From Candidatus Iainarchaeum sp. (lineage in GTDB: Archaea; Iainarchaeota; Iainarchaeia; Iainarchaeales; Iainarchaeaceae), in NCBI GenBank assembly GCA_043812975.1, contig JBDRLP010000027.1, positions 52,111 to 116,110 on the forward strand: 64,000 bases of DNA, written 5' to 3'. The translations under genes and the position numbers were made by a program. This document shows positions 34,191 through 43,082 of this stretch, piece by piece; position 1 is the first letter of the stretch; every line of letters starts with the position of its first letter. The notes beneath the pieces are model-generated. The model was not told the origin of the DNA, made no database searches, and saw nothing but the letters and a program-made list of their open reading frames with translations.

Positions 34191-35276
34191 ATGAATATGT
34201 CTAAAGTGATTGATTCTGCGGTTGAAACAATCCATTCAGGAGAACAAAGAAAAAAACTGGTTACTGAAAAGCTCACTCCGTTAAAATATAAGAAATTTTC
34301 TTCTCAGGAGCTCCCGGAAAAAGTATTGGTTCTTCCTGTTGAAAAGTGGATTCCCGATTGTATAATTGGAGGGGTGGATTCTGGTTTTGTTGCAAAGCGC
34401 CTTGCGTCAGTTGACCTTGTTCTGATTAGAGCTATGGGTGTCTGCTTTGATTACAAAAAGGGCATTGTGGATAAAGCCAATTATTATCCTGGTTATTTTC
34501 AGTTTCCGGAACCACATTTAAGCAATAATGCATTGGAAGAAGATGAGGCTGAGCAAAGCAAATCATTAATGCGTTTAAAAGAAGAAGTTAAAGCGTCAAA
34601 AAAATTAATTGAAGAGCATTCTCCGAAATATTTGTTTATTGATGGTTCTATTGTTCCGCAGTACCAAGACAAACCAAGAAAGGAATCTAAGTTAACTGAT
34701 AATTATATTAATATTATTCAGGAGTTTGAATCTTTTTATGAATTGGCTGAAAAAAATAATTGCACATTAATTTCTACGGTGGAAGATTCTAGAGGTTCTA
34801 GGTTCAGACAGATTATTCAGGATGAAATTCTTGAGAAGGAAAAAATTCTTGAAAAAGAAAAATTAGATGGTTTGTTTGATTCTTCTTTTTTGGATTATTT
34901 TTTGAACGTAGGAGAACGCTCAAGTTGTTTTACTTACACGAAAAATATTAAACAGCATCCTGTTCTTTCTGATTTCAATGAAAAGTGGAGCAACCATATT
35001 TTTGGTTTGTACATTAAACCTTCTAATTATGACAAACCCTTGAGGGTTGAATTCATCACTAAAGGGGGCATAAAAGAAAAAGCAGATGAAGTCGCAAAAG
35101 TCGCGTTTGCTTTAAGTTCATTACATCGCGAGTATGCTTATCCTTCAATTTTAATAGAGGCGGATATGCATGCTAAATTAAAGCAGGATGAGATTGAAAT
35201 TGTTTATAATAAAATAATGGATAAATTGGGTAATTCAATTAAACTAAAAATGAGGCGTGATAATAGGCCTTTTTAG
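34191..35276 (+). CDS. nurA: NurA 5'-3' nuclease (DSB end resection, HerA partner)
   Basis: NurA-domain motifs IGGVDSGF and YLFIDGSIVPQY; HerA is encoded 1.2 kb downstream. Confidence 0.75.
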   Translation: MNMSKVIDSAVETIHSGEQRKKLVTEKLTPLKYKKFSSQELPEKVLVLPVEKWIPDCIIGGVDSGFVAKRLASVDLVLIRAMGVCFDYKKGIVDKANYYPGYFQFPEPHLSNNALEEDEAEQSKSLMRLKEEVKASKKLIEEHSPKYLFIDGSIVPQYQDKPRKESKLTDNYINIIQEFESFYELAEKNNCTLISTVEDSRGSRFRQIIQDEILEKEKILEKEKLDGLFDSSFLDYFLNVGERSSCFTYTKNIKQHPVLSDFNEKWSNHIFGLYIKPSNYDKPLRVEFITKGGIKEKADEVAKVAFALSSLHREYAYPSILIEADMHAKLKQDEIEIVYNKIMDKLGNSIKLKMRRDNRPF

Positions 35277-35801
35277 GTGATTTTCATGGTATTTGAACGT
35301 TTCTCAGAAGTTGATTCAACTGTTTTCAGAAGTTCGATTCCGCGAACAAATGAAGACGTGGATTTTTTGGTTTCTAAAGGGATTTCAGAAGTGATTTCTT
35401 TTGAACTTGTTAATAAATCATTGAGCGCCTATGCGGAATCAAAAGGAGTTAAGTTTCATGATTTTTCAACTATTGATCAGGATTATTTGCCTGATAAGAG
35501 AGAGGCAACTGCGTTTTTCAAAGTAATAAAAAACGCTGAAGTTTCAGGAAAGAAAGTTTTGCTTCATTGCAGTGCGGGTTTGCAGAGGTCTGGTGTGATG
35601 GTTGCTGTTTATTTGGTTGGAAAAGGAATGCATCCACTTCAAGCATACCAATTCGCAGGCACTGCCGAAGTTACAATTAAAGAACCATTGATGCGTGAGG
35701 CGAATGCGTTAAAAGATCTTTACACTAATATTAGAAAAGAGAGGCCTGGTTCAAGAAAATTGAGACATGTTGTAAAAAAACCAAGGAGAAAATTGAAATG
35801 A
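35277..35801 (+). CDS. Dual-specificity/protein-tyrosine phosphatase (CX5R)
   Basis: HCSAGLQRSG catalytic P-loop. Confidence 0.75.
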   Translation: MIFMVFERFSEVDSTVFRSSIPRTNEDVDFLVSKGISEVISFELVNKSLSAYAESKGVKFHDFSTIDQDYLPDKREATAFFKVIKNAEVSGKKVLLHCSAGLQRSGVMVAVYLVGKGMHPLQAYQFAGTAEVTIKEPLMREANALKDLYTNIRKERPGSRKLRHVVKKPRRKLK

Positions 35802-35914
35802 TTTGTCCAAAATGCGGAAATGATTCTTTTGAAGAGCTTCCTTTAGAAAAAGGAAAACAAAAAAGATGCAGAAAGTGCGGTTTTGTGGGAAATCCGATGA
35901 GTGATTTCACGTGA
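35798..35914 (+). CDS. Small zinc-ribbon protein (38 aa)
   Basis: CPKCG...CRKCG double CxxC; overlaps the neighbouring genes (ATGA/GTGA overlaps). Confidence 0.45.
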   Translation: MICPKCGNDSFEELPLEKGKQKRCRKCGFVGNPMSDFT

Positions 35915-36093
35915 CTCAAAAAGAAAAAAATAAAGTAACTTTTTGTTCAAGCTGCGGTTCTACAAATGTAAAACCAAGTTATGCAATGGGAACTATTGAT
36001 AATCGTGTTGAGTGCTTGGATTGTAAAACTTTAGAGTTTCCTGTTGAGGCTGAGGAAAAGTTCAGGAAAAAGTTTATGGAGAGGAAAAAATGA
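35911..36093 (+). CDS. Small zinc-ribbon protein (60 aa, GTG start)
   Basis: CSSCGS...CLDCK zinc ribbon. Confidence 0.45.
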   Translation: MTQKEKNKVTFCSSCGSTNVKPSYAMGTIDNRVECLDCKTLEFPVEAEEKFRKKFMERKK

Positions 36094-36482
36094 GCAGATC
36101 GCCTTTTTATTATGAGCACTCCCCAAAACTATTTTCAGGAAGGATTTCTTTAATAAAATCCGATTTAGATTATTTGAATAGTAAAGGAATCAAAAAATTA
36201 GTCTTATTACAGGATGTGAATGATAATATATTGAATGCTCTTAGAACTGCCGGTTTTGCCGTTAAAGTTTTTCATTTAGGTACAAATCCCCCTTATGATT
36301 CAGAAAAATTAAGAGTGGTTTCTCGCGCTATGGCTTCTGCTAGAGTTTCTTTGCAAAAAAATGAAGGAGTGGCTGTTTTATGCAATCAAGGATTTCGTTC
36401 ATTTGACATTTGTAAAGAAATTCATAATCCTATTGACAGGAAAAGATTAACCAAAACTCGAATTAGGCGGTTGAGAAAATGA
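36090..36482 (+). CDS. Phosphatase-like domain protein (degenerate Cys-based P-loop)
   Basis: VAVLCNQGFRS resembles a CX4-5R phosphatase/rhodanese-like loop; translationally coupled between the Zn-ribbon gene and herA. Confidence 0.35.
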   Translation: MSRSPFYYEHSPKLFSGRISLIKSDLDYLNSKGIKKLVLLQDVNDNILNALRTAGFAVKVFHLGTNPPYDSEKLRVVSRAMASARVSLQKNEGVAVLCNQGFRSFDICKEIHNPIDRKRLTKTRIRRLRK

Positions 36483-39400
36483 CCAAAAACGAAGAAATAG
36501 GAACAGTAATAAGCACTCCAGATGGTCCTTCTCCGAGTGCTTTGGATTTTGTTGTTTATTCAGGAACACTTCACAGAGGAATGTTTGTTGAATTAGATTA
36601 TGCTGAAGGCACTCTTGTTGCTTTGGTTACTGATGTTGTTAAAACAAATCGTTATTTTGAAAGAGTTGAATCAGTAAAGGAATTCGAATCCTCAGGAACA
36701 AAATTATTTGAACAATTCCCTACTCATGAATGGGAATTCCTTTTAGCAAAAACAAGACCGCTTGGAGTTTACAATAAAGGGATGATTAAGCGTTCTAGTT
36801 TTCCTCCTTCTCCTGGGGCTAAAGTAAGGGTTGCTTCCAAAGAAACTCTTGAAAACTTTTTAGGTTTAGATTTGGAAAAAGGTTTAATGCTTGGAGAAAT
36901 TGAACATCACGATGTTTCAGTAAAATTGAACATGTCAAGATTATTCCAGAAACATTTAGCTATTTTGGCTATGAGTGGAGCAGGTAAGTGTACAAGTTTT
37001 GATGCTGAAATATTGCTTGAAAATAAGGTGCAGGTAAAAATTGGCGAATTAGTTGATTCAATATTAGAGAAAAATAAAAGAGTTGAAGATGGTGTTGAAT
37101 TTTGGGAAGGGGATTTGGATCTAAAAACTTATTCTTTTAATGGAGAAAAAATTGTTCCTGCGGAGGTCAAAGGAGTTTACCGAAGGAAGTCTCCGCATGA
37201 ATTGATTAAGGTCACAACTCGGAGTGGTAGGATTTTGAAGGTTACTCCTGAACACTTAATCCCTATGTTTAGTGGTTCTATTGAGTGGTTGCATGCAAAG
37301 GATTTGGTTAAAAAAAACTACTTGATTTTTCCGAGGATAAATTGGAGTGGTTCTGAGCAAGTAATGGATTTTTCTTCAGTTGTTGGCGAGAAAACCATAG
37401 TTCGCGGTGGTTTTGCGGAGTCAAAGAAGTCCGGTAAAAAGGTTAGGTTATTGCAGAGTGTTGACAAGGATTTTGTCAGATTGTTTGCTTATCTTTTGGC
37501 GGAAGGACATAATACTTGCGGTTCTCAAATTTGGTTTAGTAACGAAGATGAGTTTGTACGAAAGGATTTTTCGAAGCTGGTTTTTGATAAGTTTGGTTCT
37601 CGTGTCAGTGTAGCTAAACATGGGGGCGATTTGATTTTTTATAATAAGTTGTTGGCTCAGGCTCTTTCAAAGAAAGGGTTTACTAATTCTAGTTGGACTA
37701 AATTTGTTCCTCCTGAGATTTTGCGGAGCAGACGTGAAGTTTTGCTTTCTTTTCTTTCTGTTTTTATTGATTGTGACGGGCATATAAACAAAAGCAAGTC
37801 TGAGTTGGAGATAACTTTAGCGAGTAAAAAACTTATTTTTGGTATTGAAGAAATCCTCACAAAGCTGGGTATTGTTTCTTTTAGAGGGATCAAAAAGACT
37901 GATGGCAAGGTATATCAAAGATTGTTTGTTAGAGGGGCGGAATTGAAAAAGCTGAAGGATCTCGATCTTTTGATTGGTTATAAAAAGAAGGCTCTTGAGA
38001 AATGGATTGCCTCTAAAAACAACCCTAATGTTGATGTTGTTCCCAATTTACATTCTCATTTGTTTGAGTTGTTGTCTTTGTTGAGAATGCCTCAGCCACA
38101 GGCTGAGTCGTCAGGCATTAACAATTATCTTTACCGCCGAGATAACCCTTCTAGGGAAAATTTGAGTGTTTTAATTTCTATTTTTGAGCGAAGATGTGTT
38201 GAGGTAGAAAAGGCAACTGAGGACGCTTATACTCTTTATAAAAGCATTCCTAAAGTTAGCGAAGAAGATGCTTTAGTGGTTGTTCAGGAAGCTTATTCCA
38301 GTGGTTTGGATTTTAATAAAATCTCTTCAGGAAGTGGTGTTTCAAAAACTACTGCAAGAAGGGTTGTTAGAGGTATCACTTCTCCAAAAAGTAGTGTTTT
38401 TTCTTTGGCAAAAAACATTTCTCAGTCTAGGTATGCTGAATTTGGATTCGTTGAAAACTTCGACGGGAATTCAGCTTTAACTTCTATTAAGGAAATTTGT
38501 GAGAGGCTTGGTCATGAGACACAGACTTTTTGTGTTTCAAATGGGGTTTACAAGAATTTTCTATATTCTCATTCAAAAGATAGGGGTGTTGCTGACCATT
38601 CTATTGTACTCAAGTTGTCAGAGTCTCTTTGTGAAATTGCGAGAAAATCTGAGAAAAATTTGGGCTTAGCTAAGGGAATTATTTTTGATTTGAAGAAAGC
38701 GATTGATTTGAATGCTTTTTTTGACGAGATTGTGAAAGTTGAAAAAGTTCCTTCTGAAAACGAGTTTGTTTATGATCTTTCTGTTGATAATTCTAGTTTT
38801 GTTGCTAATAATTTGTTGATTCATAATAGCTACTTAACTTCCGTTCTCTTTGAAGAACTTTTAGAAAGAAAAAAAGAAGACGGAAGACTGGCTTTGATTG
38901 TAATGGATACTCATGGAGAATATAGGAATTTTGCTGAACCAGTAAAAGATTCAAAGAGTAAAGATTTTTCATCCAAAACAAGATTTGTTAAAGCAAGCGA
39001 AATTAGCATCGGTGTTCCTAAGCTTTCTATCGGAATGCTTTCCATTATGATTCCTGGATTATCAGGGCCGCAGAAGAGAGACCTTGCGAGAGTTCTTGAA
39101 AAATTAAGAAGAGAAATGAAAGACGGTTTAGGCCCCTATGATTTTGGTGCTGTAAAATCTGAAATATTTAAGGATGAGGAAATGAAAGAGTCAACAAAAT
39201 TGGCTTTGACTGGATGGATAATTTCATTAGAACAGTTGAAACTTTTCGGAAAAACTGATAATCCAAGTATTAATGATCTTGTAAAACCAGGACAACTTAC
39301 AATTGTTGATTTGAGTGATGTCATTGAAATGAAAAAGAAACAGATTATTGTTTCTTATTTTGCTTCGAAACTTTTCTTTGAAAGGCGCCAAAAAAGAATT

Positions 39401-39859
39401 GCTCCTTTTTCTCTTGTTTTGGAAGAAGCACATCAGTATTGCCCTGAAGGCACTTCAAAAGAAGGGGCTATTTCCAGAGGTATTATTGAAACAATTGCAA
39501 GGGAAGGAAGAAAGTTCGGTGCTTCAATTTGTTTAATTTCTCAGAGGCCGATTAATCTTTCAACAACTGCATTAAGTCAATGCGGCACTCATATAATTCT
39601 CAGAGTAACAAATCCTTATGATCTTGATCACATTGGTAAAAGCAGTGAAGGTCTTGACAGGCGTTCGCTGGACATGATTACTTCTCTAAGAACGGGAGAA
39701 GCTCTTCTTGTTGGTGAAGCCGTAAATTACCCTACTTTTTTCAAGGTTCGAAAAAGGACTTCTCAGGATTCTATTCATGAAAAGTCTCTGGAGGAGGCTT
39801 CTGTTGAGTTTGAGGAAATAAAGGAAGCATCACAGAAGGATATTGAAGATTTGATGTAA
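36479..39859 (+). CDS. herA: HerA-type hexameric DNA translocase/helicase, interrupted in its Walker A motif by a 613-aa intein
   Basis: HAS-barrel N-terminus; Walker A AILAMSGAGK|C...intein...HN|S; Walker B LVLEEAH; arginine-finger region; the extein is about 513 aa. Confidence 0.85.
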   Translation: MTKNEEIGTVISTPDGPSPSALDFVVYSGTLHRGMFVELDYAEGTLVALVTDVVKTNRYFERVESVKEFESSGTKLFEQFPTHEWEFLLAKTRPLGVYNKGMIKRSSFPPSPGAKVRVASKETLENFLGLDLEKGLMLGEIEHHDVSVKLNMSRLFQKHLAILAMSGAGKCTSFDAEILLENKVQVKIGELVDSILEKNKRVEDGVEFWEGDLDLKTYSFNGEKIVPAEVKGVYRRKSPHELIKVTTRSGRILKVTPEHLIPMFSGSIEWLHAKDLVKKNYLIFPRINWSGSEQVMDFSSVVGEKTIVRGGFAESKKSGKKVRLLQSVDKDFVRLFAYLLAEGHNTCGSQIWFSNEDEFVRKDFSKLVFDKFGSRVSVAKHGGDLIFYNKLLAQALSKKGFTNSSWTKFVPPEILRSRREVLLSFLSVFIDCDGHINKSKSELEITLASKKLIFGIEEILTKLGIVSFRGIKKTDGKVYQRLFVRGAELKKLKDLDLLIGYKKKALEKWIASKNNPNVDVVPNLHSHLFELLSLLRMPQPQAESSGINNYLYRRDNPSRENLSVLISIFERRCVEVEKATEDAYTLYKSIPKVSEEDALVVVQEAYSSGLDFNKISSGSGVSKTTARRVVRGITSPKSSVFSLAKNISQSRYAEFGFVENFDGNSALTSIKEICERLGHETQTFCVSNGVYKNFLYSHSKDRGVADHSIVLKLSESLCEIARKSEKNLGLAKGIIFDLKKAIDLNAFFDEIVKVEKVPSENEFVYDLSVDNSSFVANNLLIHNSYLTSVLFEELLERKKEDGRLALIVMDTHGEYRNFAEPVKDSKSKDFSSKTRFVKASEISIGVPKLSIGMLSIMIPGLSGPQKRDLARVLEKLRREMKDGLGPYDFGAVKSEIFKDEEMKESTKLALTGWIISLEQLKLFGKTDNPSINDLVKPGQLTIVDLSDVIEMKKKQIIVSYFASKLFFERRQKRIAPFSLVLEEAHQYCPEGTSKEGAISRGIIETIAREGRKFGASICLISQRPINLSTTALSQCGTHIILRVTNPYDLDHIGKSSEGLDRRSLDMITSLRTGEALLVGEAVNYPTFFKVRKRTSQDSIHEKSLEEASVEFEEIKEASQKDIEDLM
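36989..38827 (+). mobile_element. Intein (Hint domain plus LAGLIDADG homing endonuclease) inside herA
   Basis: Starts with Cys right after GAGK, ends ...VANNLLIHN followed by Ser; LAGLIDADG-like blocks LFAYLLAEGHN and LSVFIDCDGHIN. Confidence 0.8.
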
Positions 39860-39896
39860 AAGCAATTATTATTAACTAATTCTTCGTTTTTTTTGC

Positions 39897-41036
39897 ATGG
39901 CTATTGAGTCTTTAGTTTTATTTGCTGTAGGAACTATTCTGCTGATTAAAGCTGCGGATTTTTTTGTAGATGCTGCTGCTAAAATTGCAAAACTTTTAGG
40001 AGTTAGTGATCTTGTAATAGGATTAACAATTGTTTCTATTGGAACTTCTCTTCCGGAAATTGCTTCGGCTATTTTTGCCGCTTTCTCCGGAGAACCAAGT
40101 CTTGCTATTGGAACGGTTGTCGGAAGTAACATTTCTAACATTGCGCTTATTCTTGGTTTGACTGTTTTTGTTGTAGGTACAATTAAAGTTGATAAAAAAG
40201 CTCTTGAAAAAGATCTTTTCATAATGCTAATGGTTACTGTTTTATTTTTTTACTTTTCAGTAGATGGTTTAATTTCTTTTTTGGAAGGCATAGTTTTAGT
40301 TGTTATTTTTGTCCTTTACATGTTTTTCCTGTTTGGTTTTATGAAACGTTTTGAGGAAATATTTTCATATGATCTTTTCCTGAAACAGTTTTTCGGAACT
40401 GAAAAGTTTTCTGTTTTTAATGTTAAAACGTATTTCAAAATAATGCAGGCCGGAGTGGATCCTGTTACTTATCACAGGCTTCTTGGTTTTGATGGGAAGA
40501 AGTTCAGAGAAAAAATCGGAACCAGAATTGATAAAGGGGAAGTAACCGAAGCAAAAAAACTTTTCAGCAAAGAATTCTTTTCATCAATTATCAACCAGTC
40601 AGTTATTTTAGTAATAAGTTCATTGGGTGTTTTGTATGGTGCTAAGATTCTGATTGATGGAGCAATAGGTCTGGCTACCTTTTTTGCAATTCCAAGTTCA
40701 ATAGTAGGTTTGTTTTTGGTTGCTATAGGAACTTCGCTCCCTGAATTAGGAGTTTCAATTTCCTCAGCAAGAAAAGGTTACTTTGATATTTTAATTGGAA
40801 ACATTATCGGTTCTAATATTGCAAATATACTCTTGGTTATTGGTGCTACTTCTGTTATTTCTGCTTTGAGTTTTTCTTTTGCAGAAATTCTTGCTCCTAT
40901 GTTTTTCATGCTTACAATTTCCTTAGTCCTTGGATTTTCAATTCATAGAAATTACGACATCAATAAGGGTGAGGCTCTTTTATTACTGGTTCTATACGCA
41001 GCTTTTGCATATGTAGCTTATATTACCTTGATTTGA
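39897..41036 (+). CDS. Ca2+/cation antiporter (CaCA family, YrbG-like)
   Basis: Two alpha-repeats with GTSLPE(I/L) signature (GTSLPEIASA, GTSLPELGVS) separated by a cytoplasmic loop. Confidence 0.75.
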   Translation: MAIESLVLFAVGTILLIKAADFFVDAAAKIAKLLGVSDLVIGLTIVSIGTSLPEIASAIFAAFSGEPSLAIGTVVGSNISNIALILGLTVFVVGTIKVDKKALEKDLFIMLMVTVLFFYFSVDGLISFLEGIVLVVIFVLYMFFLFGFMKRFEEIFSYDLFLKQFFGTEKFSVFNVKTYFKIMQAGVDPVTYHRLLGFDGKKFREKIGTRIDKGEVTEAKKLFSKEFFSSIINQSVILVISSLGVLYGAKILIDGAIGLATFFAIPSSIVGLFLVAIGTSLPELGVSISSARKGYFDILIGNIIGSNIANILLVIGATSVISALSFSFAEILAPMFFMLTISLVLGFSIHRNYDINKGEALLLLVLYAAFAYVAYITLI

Positions 41037-41040
41037 AATT

Positions 41041-41075
41041 CCGCACCGGCACGAACTTGGAGTTCGCACCGGCAA
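41041..41075 (+). promoter_or_regulatory. TTCGCACCGGCAA-type motif pair upstream of the gene at 41122
   Basis: ccgcaccggcacgaacttggagttcgcaccggcaa followed by cttaaaaacgctttttaaat TATA-like sequence. Confidence 0.5.
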
Positions 41076-41121
41076 TGTACCCCTTAAAAACGCTTTTTAA
41101 ATCAGAATCGAAAGTTGTAGT

Positions 41122-42618
41122 ATGCTCCATAATACGCGATTATTCCTGAGCAAGGTTAACTATAACTCTGAGAAAAGACAGATTACTGTAGAGTTTTCAA
41201 AGAAAAATCAGAAATCTTCAAAGAAGTACTCATTTTTTCCAAAAATGTATCTTTCTCTGAAAAAAATTTCTGAAAAACATTTACTTGATGCTTTAGCTGA
41301 TTATGATGTAAGAAAATTAAAAATAGATTTTAAAGAAAATACAGCAACTATTTTTGCAGCAACATTTTCTGATTTGAAGAAAGTAAATAATCTTCTGAAT
41401 AATTTTTTTAATTTACATTCAAATTTAATAGAACCTGAAAGGCAATTTCTGCTGGAAAAGAACTGGAGTTATTTTGATTTTTTTGATTTTTCTTATTCAG
41501 AACCCCAACAAATCCACACAACTGAATTTCCTGATGTTTCAATGGACTTCCTTTCAGATTCTTTCAAAGAAACTATTGCTTCTTTATTGTTGAACAACAG
41601 GTCTCTTGCTAAAGAAACAATTGAAAAAATCGTTTTTTCCAAGCTGTTAAGAATTCCTTTAATAGGCCGAGAAGAAGATAAGTCTCTTGAGGAAATTTTT
41701 ATTGAAAATATTTTTTTCCTTAGCGAAAAACCAATTTCTATAGGGGGGTATAGAAACAAATCTTATTTTAGGCAAATCCATAAAAAATCAGTTATAGATT
41801 TTTCAAAAATGGTTTCAGTAATGGCTTCAAAGCCGTTCAATAATCTTGGTTTTGAAACCATTAATTGCAGCTGTTGCAAACCATGGGATAAAGAAGCAAA
41901 AAACATTTTGCCTTCTTCTTTAGTCAAGGTTAATTTTTTGAGGGAAGCTTTTTACTTTGACTCTGTTTCAAGTAACTGGGCTGATGCTTATCATTTTTCT
42001 AATAAGGAAATGCAACAGCGTGAAAAAAGAAAAAGGGAATATTTTTTGGATTTTTATCCTTCAGGCCCGTTTTCAAGAAACTCGTCTGAAAATATACTTT
42101 TAGCTGATGCATTAAATCTTGAACAAAAAGGATTGGTTAAAATAGTTTCTCATGAAAATCCTTCCTGGTTTTGCCTGAAAAAGGAAAGTGCTTTTTCTTC
42201 AGAAGTCAATCGTTTGTATGAATCTCTCATTACTCTTAATTCAGTTGTTGAGAAGGAAAGTAATTCGGTTGTTGCTTCTGCTGGTTTGTTTTTCTCTCAG
42301 TCCCTTGAATCTAGTCCTGGGCATCATTATAGAAAAATTTTAGATAAAACAACTTCTAGGCTTTTAGCTTCTTTTCCAGGGTTGCTTACAAATTCTTCCG
42401 GAAGGTTTTTTGATAAGAATTTTGCAATTGCTTTGGAAGCTATTAATAGCCTTATTTTGAAGGATTTTGAAGAAATTGCCAAAAACTCCAAAACAAGGGT
42501 TACTTTCAAGGATTCTATTGCTTTGGTTGATTCTTCTTCTTTCATGTCTGCCTCTAAAGAGTTCAGAGACCTCTATAAGGTTGACAAACGCTTGTTGAGC
42601 GTCTCCAAAAGCTTTTGA
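41122..42618 (+). CDS. Hypothetical 498-aa protein (no recognisable domain)
   Basis: A long ORF in an AT-rich genome; shares the upstream TTCGCACCGGCAA motif with nurA. Confidence 0.4.
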   Translation: MLHNTRLFLSKVNYNSEKRQITVEFSKKNQKSSKKYSFFPKMYLSLKKISEKHLLDALADYDVRKLKIDFKENTATIFAATFSDLKKVNNLLNNFFNLHSNLIEPERQFLLEKNWSYFDFFDFSYSEPQQIHTTEFPDVSMDFLSDSFKETIASLLLNNRSLAKETIEKIVFSKLLRIPLIGREEDKSLEEIFIENIFFLSEKPISIGGYRNKSYFRQIHKKSVIDFSKMVSVMASKPFNNLGFETINCSCCKPWDKEAKNILPSSLVKVNFLREAFYFDSVSSNWADAYHFSNKEMQQREKRKREYFLDFYPSGPFSRNSSENILLADALNLEQKGLVKIVSHENPSWFCLKKESAFSSEVNRLYESLITLNSVVEKESNSVVASAGLFFSQSLESSPGHHYRKILDKTTSRLLASFPGLLTNSSGRFFDKNFAIALEAINSLILKDFEEIAKNSKTRVTFKDSIALVDSSSFMSASKEFRDLYKVDKRLLSVSKSF

Positions 42619-42682
42619 ATCAGGTTTTTAATCATTTGCACGGAGAAAATAGTAATAAATCCTGATTTTTAAGTGATTTTAT

Positions 42683-42889
42683 ATGACTATTTTAACAAGA
42701 TTTGAAATAACTCGTCTTATAAGCGCTAGGGCATTACAGCTTTCGCTTGGCGCTCCAGGAATGATTAAGGCTTCAAAAGAATCTAGCATGATTGATATTG
42801 CTAGAGAAGAGTTTGATAAGAAAGTTATTCCTATTTCAGTTTTAAGGGAATTTCCTGACGGAAGAATTGAAAAAATTGAGGTGGATTAG
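42683..42889 (+). CDS. rpoK: DNA-directed RNA polymerase subunit K (Rpb6/RpoK)
   Basis: LTRFEITRLISARALQLSLGAP: RpoK/omega-family signature. Confidence 0.85.
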   Translation: MTILTRFEITRLISARALQLSLGAPGMIKASKESSMIDIAREEFDKKVIPISVLREFPDGRIEKIEVD

Positions 42890-43082
42890 ATTGGGTAAAG
42901 CAGTCCCTCAGAATATTAAAAGTAAGGCAAATATACTTTTGCAAACTTATCCTAATGATGTGCCAAATGATTTTGATTCTATTAAGAAATTTATTGATAC
43001 TTTTAAAATGCCGATGAGTAAATCACAGAGAAATCTTGTTGCTGGTTTTTTGGCTAGAAAAAAGTCTCAGTTAAAAGCCTAG
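42867..43082 (+). CDS. rps17e: 30S ribosomal protein S17e (may start at TTG 42891)
   Basis: GKAVPQNIKSKANILLQTYPNDVPNDFDSIKKFIDTF...SKSQRNLVAGFLARK matches S17e. Confidence 0.7.
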   Translation: MKKLRWIRLGKAVPQNIKSKANILLQTYPNDVPNDFDSIKKFIDTFKMPMSKSQRNLVAGFLARKKSQLKA

